Part shown: positions 56,464-64,000 of the stretch, piece by piece | Numbering within the stretch: position 1 is the first letter of the stretch | Layout of the letters: every line of letters begins with the position of its first letter | Assembly: GCA_049320885.1 (NCBI GenBank) | Contig: JBMORA010000063.1 | Span: forward strand, 64,001 to 128,000 | Source of the DNA: Thermodesulfobacteriota bacterium | GTDB lineage: Bacteria; Desulfobacterota; Desulfobacteria; Desulfobacterales; SURF-7 | DNA length: 64,000 nucleotides | Direction: 5' to 3' | The notes under the pieces: model-generated | Told to the model about the DNA's origin: nothing | Database searches by the model: none | The model's input: the letters and a program-made list of their open reading frames with translations, nothing else | Program-made: the position numbers and the translations under genes

Positions 56464-57213
56464 CTATGGCTGCTCTTCCCGGGCGCCGAGCGCCACCTTT
56501 TCTTCCCGGTCCGCCGGGTACCCCACGGACTGGGCCAGCACAATGCGCTGGTCCGGTCTGAGTTTCAACAGTTCCGCCAGCGCTTCCCGGTTTACCAATC
56601 CGCGCACCACGGTGGACAGGCCTTCCGAAGCGCAATAGAGATATACATTCTGGCTGATGAAGCCCACCGCCGTATCGGAAAACATATCGCGTTCCGCGGT
56701 GTTCAATACCTTGCCCATCATGCCGGTCCGGGCCGCGTCCACCACGTATACCAGATTGACCGGTGCTTTCTTGACGAAGGGCTGGATCATGGTCCCGGTT
56801 TCGCTCCGGTGGTCGCCCGCCACCACCGGCTGGAGGGTATTTTCCTTGGCGTCATACAGATATCCCCCCTGTTCCGTGAAGACATAGATATCCGTCTCCT
56901 GCCAGTTCAGGGCCGAGGGCGCCGTCCGTCTGCCGGATTCCGGACGGTTGATGCCGAAAGCGGCCCACAGCAGGTCGGACAACACCTGTTCCGGCAGTTG
57001 CTCGGGACTGAAATCCCGGCCGGACCTCCGGTCCCGCAGGGCCTCCATCAGGGGTTTCCCTCCGGTGGTCCGGGGTTCCGGCAACCGGATCTGTTCCAGG
57101 GTTCCATCGGCGAGCAAAGCCTGTTTGGAGCCTCCGCATCCCGATATTCCCCCTGTCAGCAGGAACCCCATGAGAACCAAGGGAACCGCCCATTTTCCAT
57201 ATCCTCTATTCAT
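56464..57213 (-). CDS. SagB/nitroreductase-family lipoprotein
   Basis: Lipobox ISGC; LPEP, ALRDRRSGRDF, LSDLLWAAFG, RTAPSA, QNVYL, VGYP. Confidence 0.85.
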   Translation of the reverse strand: MNRGYGKWAVPLVLMGFLLTGGISGCGGSKQALLADGTLEQIRLPEPRTTGGKPLMEALRDRRSGRDFSPEQLPEQVLSDLLWAAFGINRPESGRRTAPSALNWQETDIYVFTEQGGYLYDAKENTLQPVVAGDHRSETGTMIQPFVKKAPVNLVYVVDAARTGMMGKVLNTAERDMFSDTAVGFISQNVYLYCASEGLSTVVRGLVNREALAELLKLRPDQRIVLAQSVGYPADREEKVALGAREEQP

Positions 57214-57288
57214 GATGCTTCTCCTTTTATCATAGCCACCAGGCTGGTTGCCGTTCCTGTTGCTGTCGTCCGCGCTGACCCCGCACCG

Positions 57289-57975
57289 CTATTTCACCAC
57301 CGGATATTGTTTCCGGGACCAGTCCACTATGCCCTGCCGCATGTTGGAGACGTCCTGAAAGCCTTTATCGATCAATATTTTTGCCGCAACGGTGCTGCGG
57401 TTTCCCGTGGCGCAATAAATCAAGACCGGCTTGTCCTTGTGAGCGGACAGCTCCGTGTGGCGCGCCTCCAGCTGATTCAGGGGAATATGGACGGAATCCG
57501 GCAAATGCCCCAGCGCGTATTCCGGCGGGGTCCTGACATCCAGAACCAGCGGACGGGAGGTCTTGATGAATTCGGCGGCCTGCTCTGCGGACACTTCCCG
57601 GTAATGCGTTTCCTGATAGGGAATGACGGTCAAGGCCCCCTTGACCGGTCCGAGAGTGAAACCGAAGGTGCCCGTCTCGGTCATTTTAAAATACGGGGCC
57701 GCGTTGGCATCAGCGGGCAGCACCTGCCGTATGGAAAGCCCGGGGATGGAAAGCAGCGGGGTTCCCAGGGAAGGATCGAACTGAAATTGGATATAATCCC
57801 CCCGGTATACCGTCAACTCGACGTCCCTGTCCACCGGCTGGATGGGAATCACCCGCAGGCCGTCCTTCAGGAAACCGGAAACCACAGGCGCGGATTCCGG
57901 AAGCTCCTTGGCGCAGGCCGGCAAACCGAAAGTCAACAGCGCCAGAATGGATATGAAATACAGAATTTGTTTCAT
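57289..57975 (-). CDS. Exported rhodanese-domain protein
   Basis: Signal peptide (LPAC); N-terminal beta domain; LDVRTPPEY..GHL, active-site YCATGNRS, GIVDW. Confidence 0.85.
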   Translation of the reverse strand: MKQILYFISILALLTFGLPACAKELPESAPVVSGFLKDGLRVIPIQPVDRDVELTVYRGDYIQFQFDPSLGTPLLSIPGLSIRQVLPADANAAPYFKMTETGTFGFTLGPVKGALTVIPYQETHYREVSAEQAAEFIKTSRPLVLDVRTPPEYALGHLPDSVHIPLNQLEARHTELSAHKDKPVLIYCATGNRSTVAAKILIDKGFQDVSNMRQGIVDWSRKQYPVVK

Positions 57976-58237
57976 GTTTCCATGCCTCATTACATGTCCG
58001 ATTTGGAGTTCTAATCCCAAATCGGGATATATAACAGGAGGTAGCCAGATGGTCAAACAGCGGAAACAGATTATCAGGAAAAACCGTTCCGGTAAAGATG
58101 TTAAAGACAATCTTTCGAGGGGAGCCAGGGGGGACGTAACCTAATTTGCGCACACGGCAGGGTAGATTCTCCCCCGGGATGAATCATCGACGGCCAGTAA
58201 TCGTCAATTTATTCGCCTTTGGTTTCAAGCCCTCGAT

Positions 58238-59074
58238 TCAATACTGACTCACCCTGGCAACCAAATCCGCCATAACGAACGGCTTTTGAAGAAAGGCTTG
58301 ATACTGCTGCCCGGTGTGGTTATCCTTTCTGACGGTTCCCTCGTCGTAGCCGCTGGAAAGAATCACCGCGATACCGGCGGAAAGCTCGCGCAAGGCAGCC
58401 AACGGTGATAACCAATTGAAATATAAATTGGTTTCAATTTGCCGGCGGCTTGCCCAGGACAAGTCAGCATCAGTCCGCTCAACTCCGCGGCCCTTTTGGC
58501 CGCCTTCATGGCTTCGGACAGATTTCCGCCTGCGGCGGCATTTATCGGCTGGTCGTCCATGGCCAGCTCCAGGTTTCCCATCACCACCCCAAGCAGGTTA
58601 TTGAAATGATGGGCGATGGATCCGGCCATGCGATCAAGGCTTTTGGCCTTTAAAAGCCGCCGCTGCCGCTCCAATTGCCGGCCTTCCTCTTCCAGCCTTT
58701 TTCTTTCAGTCAGATCGGTGTTTGTCCCGGAAATGCGCACGGCTTTGTCATTCGCATCGCGCAGAATGAAACCGCGGGTGAGGATCGGCACATAATGGCC
58801 GTTTTTATGCAACAATGCAGTTTTGGCCGATGTACTGAAAAATATCCTTCGGGATTCCAGAAAATCCATCGACCATCATGCCTTCGTGCTGACCGGATGC
58901 ATCCGTAAATTCAAATGGCGGGTACCGTGTCTGACTGACAAAGATGATCGTTTCTTTTTTTCGCAGGTATTCGGTTTCCTCGATTGATAACTGGATTGCG
59001 TGGAGATCGGATATGAAAGACGATAAAATCACGAAGCAAAGACTCGCGATGACAACACGCGATTTTCGAATCAT
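58238..59074 (-). pseudogene. Collapsed hybrid sensor-kinase pseudogene (solute-binding, PAC, HisKA and REC fragments)
   Basis: Three overlapping frames carry, in order, signal plus YPPFEF...G, a PAC (TDLTERK), an H-box (GSIAHHFNN) and a REC C-terminus (LSSGY...FLQKPF). The HATPase domain is absent. Confidence 0.8.
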
Positions 59075-59091
59075 GGAGATATCCCCTTTTA

Positions 59092-59580
59092 TCATGAAAC
59101 CATCATGATGATATTGTGAAGAAACGTATCAAGGGCTTTCTCGGCCCTCCTTCTCAACAGAAAGGGGGTGATCGCCAAATGGATCGGCAGCTGTAAGAGC
59201 GGAATGCCCGCACCCAGGGCAATTCCGAGCAACATCGGCCACCTTTCCTCGAACACGATGGCGAAAAGCCCACCCATTCCGCCCCCGAGAATCACTGCCA
59301 AGCTCACCAGAAACCGGATGAGAAATTGCTTCCATTTCTCCAGTCCTTCATACCCGGCACGCACTGTGAGCCGTCCATCCGCGACGGTGACTGTGATGGG
59401 CGAAACGCCGGATATGGCCAAGCCTTTGGTAGTGGAGAAAAAAAGACCGCTTTGTTCCGCCGTGACAACGGTATCGGTCACACGAACGAGTTTATGGCCG
59501 GCATGGGCCAGTGCGGTTTTGGCGAATTCCAGTTCCCTGCGACCATCGCCGGTCAGCGCCACGGTTTTCTCATATAACAT
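59092..59580 (-). CDS. Hypothetical membrane protein (two C-terminal TMs)
   Basis: 162 aa; GGAGAGG RBS; two hydrophobic helices; no family recognised. Confidence 0.65.
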   Translation of the reverse strand: MLYEKTVALTGDGRRELEFAKTALAHAGHKLVRVTDTVVTAEQSGLFFSTTKGLAISGVSPITVTVADGRLTVRAGYEGLEKWKQFLIRFLVSLAVILGGGMGGLFAIVFEERWPMLLGIALGAGIPLLQLPIHLAITPFLLRRRAEKALDTFLHNIIMMVS

Positions 59581-59640
59581 GGGCCTCTCCAGTTTTCGAC
59601 AGTAAACGGTTGTTCGACGGTCGATTGGTCGCAACGGATA

Positions 59641-60267
59641 TTACTGCCTGGTTGCCGCCAGCTTCAATGCCAGACCCAGAAAAACGACTCCCGCCGTCCG
59701 GTTCATGATTTTCTGGATACCTTCGGATCGGTTGAGCCATTGACCAAAAGTCCCGGCCAGGAGCGCCATGGCACCGAACACCAGGATGGTGGCAAGGATG
59801 AACAGGCCGCCGAGCATCAACATCTGGATCCAAAGCGGACCCCTGGCGGGTTCGGCGAACTGCGGCAGAAACGCCAGGAAGAAAATGGAGACCTTCGGAT
59901 TCGTGACGTTCATGACGATGCCACGAATATACAGTTTCCAGATCCGGACTTCTTCACCCCTTCCACCCCCAATCGTCCCGGCGGATGCCCGGAACATCCG
60001 CCAGGCGAGATAGGCCAGGTAGGCGGCGCCGATGTACTTGAGAACGGAGAAGGCGATCGCCGAGGTTTTAAAAATAACCGCGACACCCAGCGTAACGGAA
60101 AGCGTATGCCCGATGAGGCCCGTACAAAGCCCCAGCATGATGGCCAACCCCGCTGTCCGCCCTTGCACGGCGGATTGGGTCAGAACGAAAAGATTGTCGG
60201 GCCCCGGTGCCAGGGCGAGCAGAACCGAGGCGGTTAAAAAGGACACGGCGGTTTCAATGGGTAGCAT
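59641..60267 (-). CDS. LysE/RhtB-family translocator
   Basis: LAPGPD, LKYIGAAYLAYL, NVTNPKVSIFFLAFLPQF. Confidence 0.92.
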   Translation of the reverse strand: MLPIETAVSFLTASVLLALAPGPDNLFVLTQSAVQGRTAGLAIMLGLCTGLIGHTLSVTLGVAVIFKTSAIAFSVLKYIGAAYLAYLAWRMFRASAGTIGGGRGEEVRIWKLYIRGIVMNVTNPKVSIFFLAFLPQFAEPARGPLWIQMLMLGGLFILATILVFGAMALLAGTFGQWLNRSEGIQKIMNRTAGVVFLGLALKLAATRQ

Positions 60268-60544
60268 CTTATACCTTCCTGTTTTATTGCTTGTCTTCCA
60301 ATACAGGAAGCGCTTCCCCGACACAAGAACGTTCTTGGCGGCAGGCATCCGCCCTTGATAAATTTGTTGAAATATTCGTCCGTTTCGGTATGATGGAAGC
60401 AACAAAGGGCATCAGCGGGATCCATCGGCACTTTACCGTTCCGGGCATTGGACACCGCCGTTGCCTATTCCATCGATCGACAACAGCCCCGAACACGAAT
60501 CCGTCATGAAATCAGATCATTCAAATTCAAAATGGGAGAGAGTT

Positions 60545-61192
60545 ATGAAACCGAAGATGCTGTTTCTCCGGATCGGTAGTTTTCTGTTTTGCGCCTGGAT
60601 GTTTTTCGGTTGCGGCGATCTCTACCGGATCAATTATTCCAATATCAGGGCCGATCTGATCTATAGCGGTTCCCGCTCCGTGGCCATAGGAGTTCTGGAC
60701 CAAAGGCCCTATGTGCTCAATGGAGAAAAGGATCCGAAATATGTGGGCACCATGCGGGGCGGATACGGCAATCCCTTCGATCTTTTCACCCAAAGCGATC
60801 TGCGACTGGTGGAGGATATGTCCGTCACCCTGGCCGATTCGCTGCGGAGCCGCGGCTTTCAAGTGGCTGCCGTCAAGGCCGAAGTGGGGAAAGATGCCGC
60901 GAACCTGCTGGCGGAATTATCTGCCGGGGGAGCCGAGCGGATTTTGTTTCTGGATGTGAAGGACTGGTGGAGCGACTACTATCCCGCAAGCTGGGGGCCG
61001 GAAAGGACCGAACTGATCATGAACATCGAACTGAAGGTCATGAATCCGCAGCGGCAAGTGCTTGCCTCCAGCAGGATTGAAACGACGGAAAATCCTCCTT
61101 CCGGGTGGCCGAAAGACACCATCCCCGGTTTCTACCAGAAAAAAATGGCGGTTCTGCTGAACGATCCGTCCATCCAGAAGGCGCTTCGATAG
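60545..61192 (+). CDS. Lipoprotein, YajG-like
   Basis: Lipobox FFGC; VLDQRP...VGTMRGGYGNPF...LADSLRSRGF. The family call is tentative. Confidence 0.65.
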   Translation: MKPKMLFLRIGSFLFCAWMFFGCGDLYRINYSNIRADLIYSGSRSVAIGVLDQRPYVLNGEKDPKYVGTMRGGYGNPFDLFTQSDLRLVEDMSVTLADSLRSRGFQVAAVKAEVGKDAANLLAELSAGGAERILFLDVKDWWSDYYPASWGPERTELIMNIELKVMNPQRQVLASSRIETTENPPSGWPKDTIPGFYQKKMAVLLNDPSIQKALR

Positions 61193-61233
61193 TATTGCGA
61201 CCTGAACCCCACATCCGTCCGATTATTGAACGT

Positions 61234-61262
61234 TTGACAGAAGGCCGATTTTTTATTATAGA
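61234..61262 (+). promoter_or_regulatory. Possible sigma70 promoter
   Basis: TTGACA (61234-61239), 17 bp, TATAGA, in an AT-rich stretch. Confidence 0.5.
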
Positions 61263-61384
61263 AGTATTATCATAAAAATTTAGGATCTAGAAAAAATCCA
61301 GCCGATGCATGACAGTGAAGTTGTTTGACCGTCCACCCAAGAAAAACTTATTCCGGAATAACGAAAAACAGAAAGGATACCAGA

Positions 61385-61783
61385 ATGGCGAGCCAAATTG
61401 AAAAAGGAATCAAATCGATTCAGAAGGAATTCAACAAGGTGGTCAACCGATTGGAGAAATTCATCAAGGAAATTTCCAAGCTCGGCATGTCCAAACCCGC
61501 TGAAAAAACCCGGGGAAAACAGGCGAAAGCCGTCAAGAAAACCACTACCACCAAAAAGAAACCGGCGGCCCGGAAAAAAGCCGCTTCAACGGCTTCCGTG
61601 AAATCAGGCACTGCCTTCGCCTCGGTAATGGCCATCATCGCCAAAAGCGAAAACGGCGTGAACACCACCACATTAATGGAAAAAACCGGATTCGATTTCA
61701 AGAAAATCTCGAATATCATTTTCAAGGCGAAAACCAAGGGGTTGATTAAAACAGTGAAAAAAGGAGTTTACGTAACCACGTGA
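61385..61783 (+). CDS. Lysine-rich basic protein (coiled coil, K/A/T linker, winged-helix-like domain)
   Basis: 132 aa; AAAGGA RBS; amphipathic N-terminal helix, KKTTTTKKKPAARKKAA linker, C-terminal TLMEKTGFDFKKISNII...GLIKTVKKGVY. Confidence 0.8.
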   Translation: MASQIEKGIKSIQKEFNKVVNRLEKFIKEISKLGMSKPAEKTRGKQAKAVKKTTTTKKKPAARKKAASTASVKSGTAFASVMAIIAKSENGVNTTTLMEKTGFDFKKISNIIFKAKTKGLIKTVKKGVYVTT

Positions 61784-61875
61784 GGATCGAATCGGAATAA
61801 CTTCCCCTGCGCTTCCAGTTACCCGTCGGAGGGGCCGCGGCGACGGACGCCGGGCCCCTTCTTCTGTAGTTCCTT

Positions 61876-63570
61876 TCACAGATCCAGGCCCATTTGCCCT
61901 CCCGGGCATAGAATATTATTGGGATCGAAATGTCTTTTCAATGCTCGGAGGACCGCCATCTGTTCGGGCCCCAGATGCCTGTCCATGAACTTCGCGAACA
62001 GTTTGCCCACGCCGTGATGATGGCTGATGGAACCCCCGTTTTTCAGAATGGCTTCAAGAATGCCGTCGTGAAATTTTCTGTATTCCTTCAAGTCCATCAT
62101 TTTCAGGATAAAAATAAAATACAGATTGGTGCCCTGGGGATAGAAATGGGACGCATGCGTCATGCAGATGGTCCGGGGACGGCTTTTGATGTATTTGCGG
62201 ACGCCTTCATGCAGCCGATGGATCTTGTCCCAGGTCACACCGGATTCAACCGTGTCGATGATGATACCGTAATCCATGAGGTCCTCACGCATATACGGTT
62301 CCTTATACCTTGTTTTTTCCCATAAACCGGTGGTGAAACCGGTCAGGGACATGGCCCCGTGGGTTTTGCATACTCCCGCAATCCGCTCTTTCACATATTT
62401 TGCGTATCCTTTTTCTCCCTCGCAGGTTCCCATGCAAAGGCAGCGTTTCATCGGTTTATAGCCGCGCAGGGTGATGACCTTGTCAACCGGCGTGCCGTGG
62501 ATCCCGAACAGTTTCAGGCCGACTTCCGTCTCCTCGGCATCGGAAATCCGGTATACCGCCGGTTTGCCGAATTCCCCCTGGATGATCTCCCGGCTGGCGT
62601 CCACCGCATTTTGCCAGGAGGGAAACATATAGGCAAACCGCTGCCGGTTTCCGGGCTTATGACGGAAAATCTTCATGGTCACCTCGACCAGCACGCCGAA
62701 GGCCCCTTCGCTGCCTTTCATGATGTCGTTCACCTTTGGACCGGTGGCCGTCCCCGGATACTCCAGGGTTTTAAACGAACCCGCGGGGGTCACATACTCC
62801 TGGGCGAAAACGATATCACAGGCGTCGCCATAGTAGGTCGACGCCTGCCCGGAACCCAAGGTAACCACCCATCCGCCGACGGATGAATACTCAAACGATT
62901 GCGGAAAATGCCCGCAGGTGTATCTATGCCGGGTATGATACAGTTTCGGCGCGTTGTTCAAGGCCTCCTCATACGCCGGCCCCAGCATGCCGGGTTGAAC
63001 CACCGCGGTCTGATTCAGTTCGTTGATTTCAAGCAATCGGTTCATGTGGGTGCTCATCACCAGCATCAGACCGCCCCTGGGCGTGTTCAGCCCCCAGGTC
63101 ACGGATGACCCGCCCCCGTATACATACAGCGGTATTTTCTGGTCATTGCACAGGGCCACGATTTTCTGCACATCCTTTTTGTTCCTGGGGTGAACCACGA
63201 TGTCCGGAACGCTGCGCACCATCCGGCGTCTGAGCGCCATCGCCTCATCCACCGTTTTGCCGTGACTGAACCGGACCCGGCTGTAATCGTCCGTCGCCAC
63301 GTTTTTTTTCCCGACGATATCCTCAACGCTTTTGATCGTCTTCGGGGCAAGCTGGATTTTCCGGTCCAGGGATACGATCTCGTTGCCTTCCAGGCGCGGT
63401 TTTCGGAAATCCTCATCCGTGAGTCCAAATTCCCGCTTGAGCATGTGATACCATTCATCGTTGGGATGCTTGAATTCAGAAGGGCTTCCCCATTTGAACA
63501 CCGAGCGGTAGGAATGTTTTTCAGGCGGTTTTTCCGTCCAGTCCGGTATGAATTTGCTTTCAGTTGTCAT
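61876..63570 (-). CDS. VAO-family FAD oxidoreductase, alkyl-dihydroxyacetonephosphate synthase-like
   Basis: PDIVVHP, YGGGSSV, GHFPQSFEYSSVGGWV, GSEGAFGV, SHFY, C-terminal SHHHGVGK and FDPNNIL. Confidence 0.85.
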   Translation of the reverse strand: MTTESKFIPDWTEKPPEKHSYRSVFKWGSPSEFKHPNDEWYHMLKREFGLTDEDFRKPRLEGNEIVSLDRKIQLAPKTIKSVEDIVGKKNVATDDYSRVRFSHGKTVDEAMALRRRMVRSVPDIVVHPRNKKDVQKIVALCNDQKIPLYVYGGGSSVTWGLNTPRGGLMLVMSTHMNRLLEINELNQTAVVQPGMLGPAYEEALNNAPKLYHTRHRYTCGHFPQSFEYSSVGGWVVTLGSGQASTYYGDACDIVFAQEYVTPAGSFKTLEYPGTATGPKVNDIMKGSEGAFGVLVEVTMKIFRHKPGNRQRFAYMFPSWQNAVDASREIIQGEFGKPAVYRISDAEETEVGLKLFGIHGTPVDKVITLRGYKPMKRCLCMGTCEGEKGYAKYVKERIAGVCKTHGAMSLTGFTTGLWEKTRYKEPYMREDLMDYGIIIDTVESGVTWDKIHRLHEGVRKYIKSRPRTICMTHASHFYPQGTNLYFIFILKMMDLKEYRKFHDGILEAILKNGGSISHHHGVGKLFAKFMDRHLGPEQMAVLRALKRHFDPNNILCPGGQMGLDL

Positions 63571-63644
63571 GATATTTCCCATTCCGTTTGATTGTTGATC
63601 CGCGAATCTTCCGGGAGCCGTTTCCGGAAATCCCGTCATTGCCG

Positions 63645-64000
63645 TCACACCCGAATGACTTCTCCGGCCCTGACCCCCGCCACATACTTTCCGTCTTTGA
63701 CGGCATGACCGCCGTTGATGAATACATGCGAAATCCCCTTGGGCTCCCCCGCGGGCCTGGGGCCTTCGGCCGGCGTTTCCGCGATGCCCATGGGATCGAA
63801 AACCACAATATCGGCTTTTTTTCCCGGGGCGATAAGCCCCCGGTCCGCTATCCGAAACCGCTCCGCGGATGCCGATGTCATGCGGCGCAAAGCTTCCTCC
63901 AGGGGAATCAGCTTCCGGTCCCGGACGTATTCCCCCAGAATTTTAGGGAATGCGCCCCGGGCCGCCGGATTGGGGTGGCCGCCGAAACGGGTCAGTGCGT
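63645..64000 (-). CDS. Amidohydrolase, N-acyl-D-amino-acid deacylase-like (3' part only)
   Basis: Frame open to the window end: GHPNPAARGAFPKILGEYVRD...LEEALRRMT...DRGLIAPGKKADIVVFD...GISHVFING. Confidence 0.85.
   Translation of the reverse strand, partial: ALTRFGGHPNPAARGAFPKILGEYVRDRKLIPLEEALRRMTSASAERFRIADRGLIAPGKKADIVVFDPMGIAETPAEGPRPAGEPKGISHVFINGGHAVKDGKYVAGVRAGEVIRV

Noticed and set aside
60234..60496. Short Cys-containing ORFs between lysE and the lipoprotein
   Set aside because: No RBS or family motif, and overlapping frames give no preferred reading.

Overview
This is a GC-rich, gene-dense bacterial window whose gene content points to a sulfate-reducing or syntrophic Desulfobacterota (Desulfobacterales-like) organism; that placement is inference only. 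I saw no rRNA, tRNA, CRISPR array, transposase or prophage gene. The left half holds a DMT transporter, two PIN-type toxin-antitoxin pairs with visible operator repeats, ferredoxin plus rubrerythrin, hybrid kinases, an Lhr helicase, an MMPL exporter, a secreted EEP enzyme, Kup, a TolC/MacAB-type exporter, MetF, a TSUP, a LIV-type ABC importer with a degenerate PaaK-like ligase, and an acyl-CoA synthetase. The most interesting part is 34.9-56.4 kb. A sigma54 promoter, set divergently from a membrane-bound atypical enhancer-binding protein and a PEP-synthase-like His-phosphotransferase that lacks the pyruvate barrel, heads a minus-strand run of genes. The run is a DVU0150-like/TSUP module, a NuoF-FeS/GltD flavoprotein, a PAS kinase, an Xis/BldC-HTH response regulator, a degenerate MetF, an FdhA-like protein without its catalytic Cys/Sec-His, NuoE, a NuoF(HydB)-NfnB/GltD fusion, MetV and MetF. 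I read this as a candidate flavin/Fe-S (possibly electron-bifurcating) methylene-THF reductase complex built partly from apparently non-catalytic paralogues. The right end has redox lipoproteins, a collapsed hybrid-kinase pseudogene, LysE, a candidate nucleoid protein, an alkyl-DHAP-synthase-like flavoenzyme and a partial amidohydrolase. All family calls come from motif recognition by eye; no database search was run.
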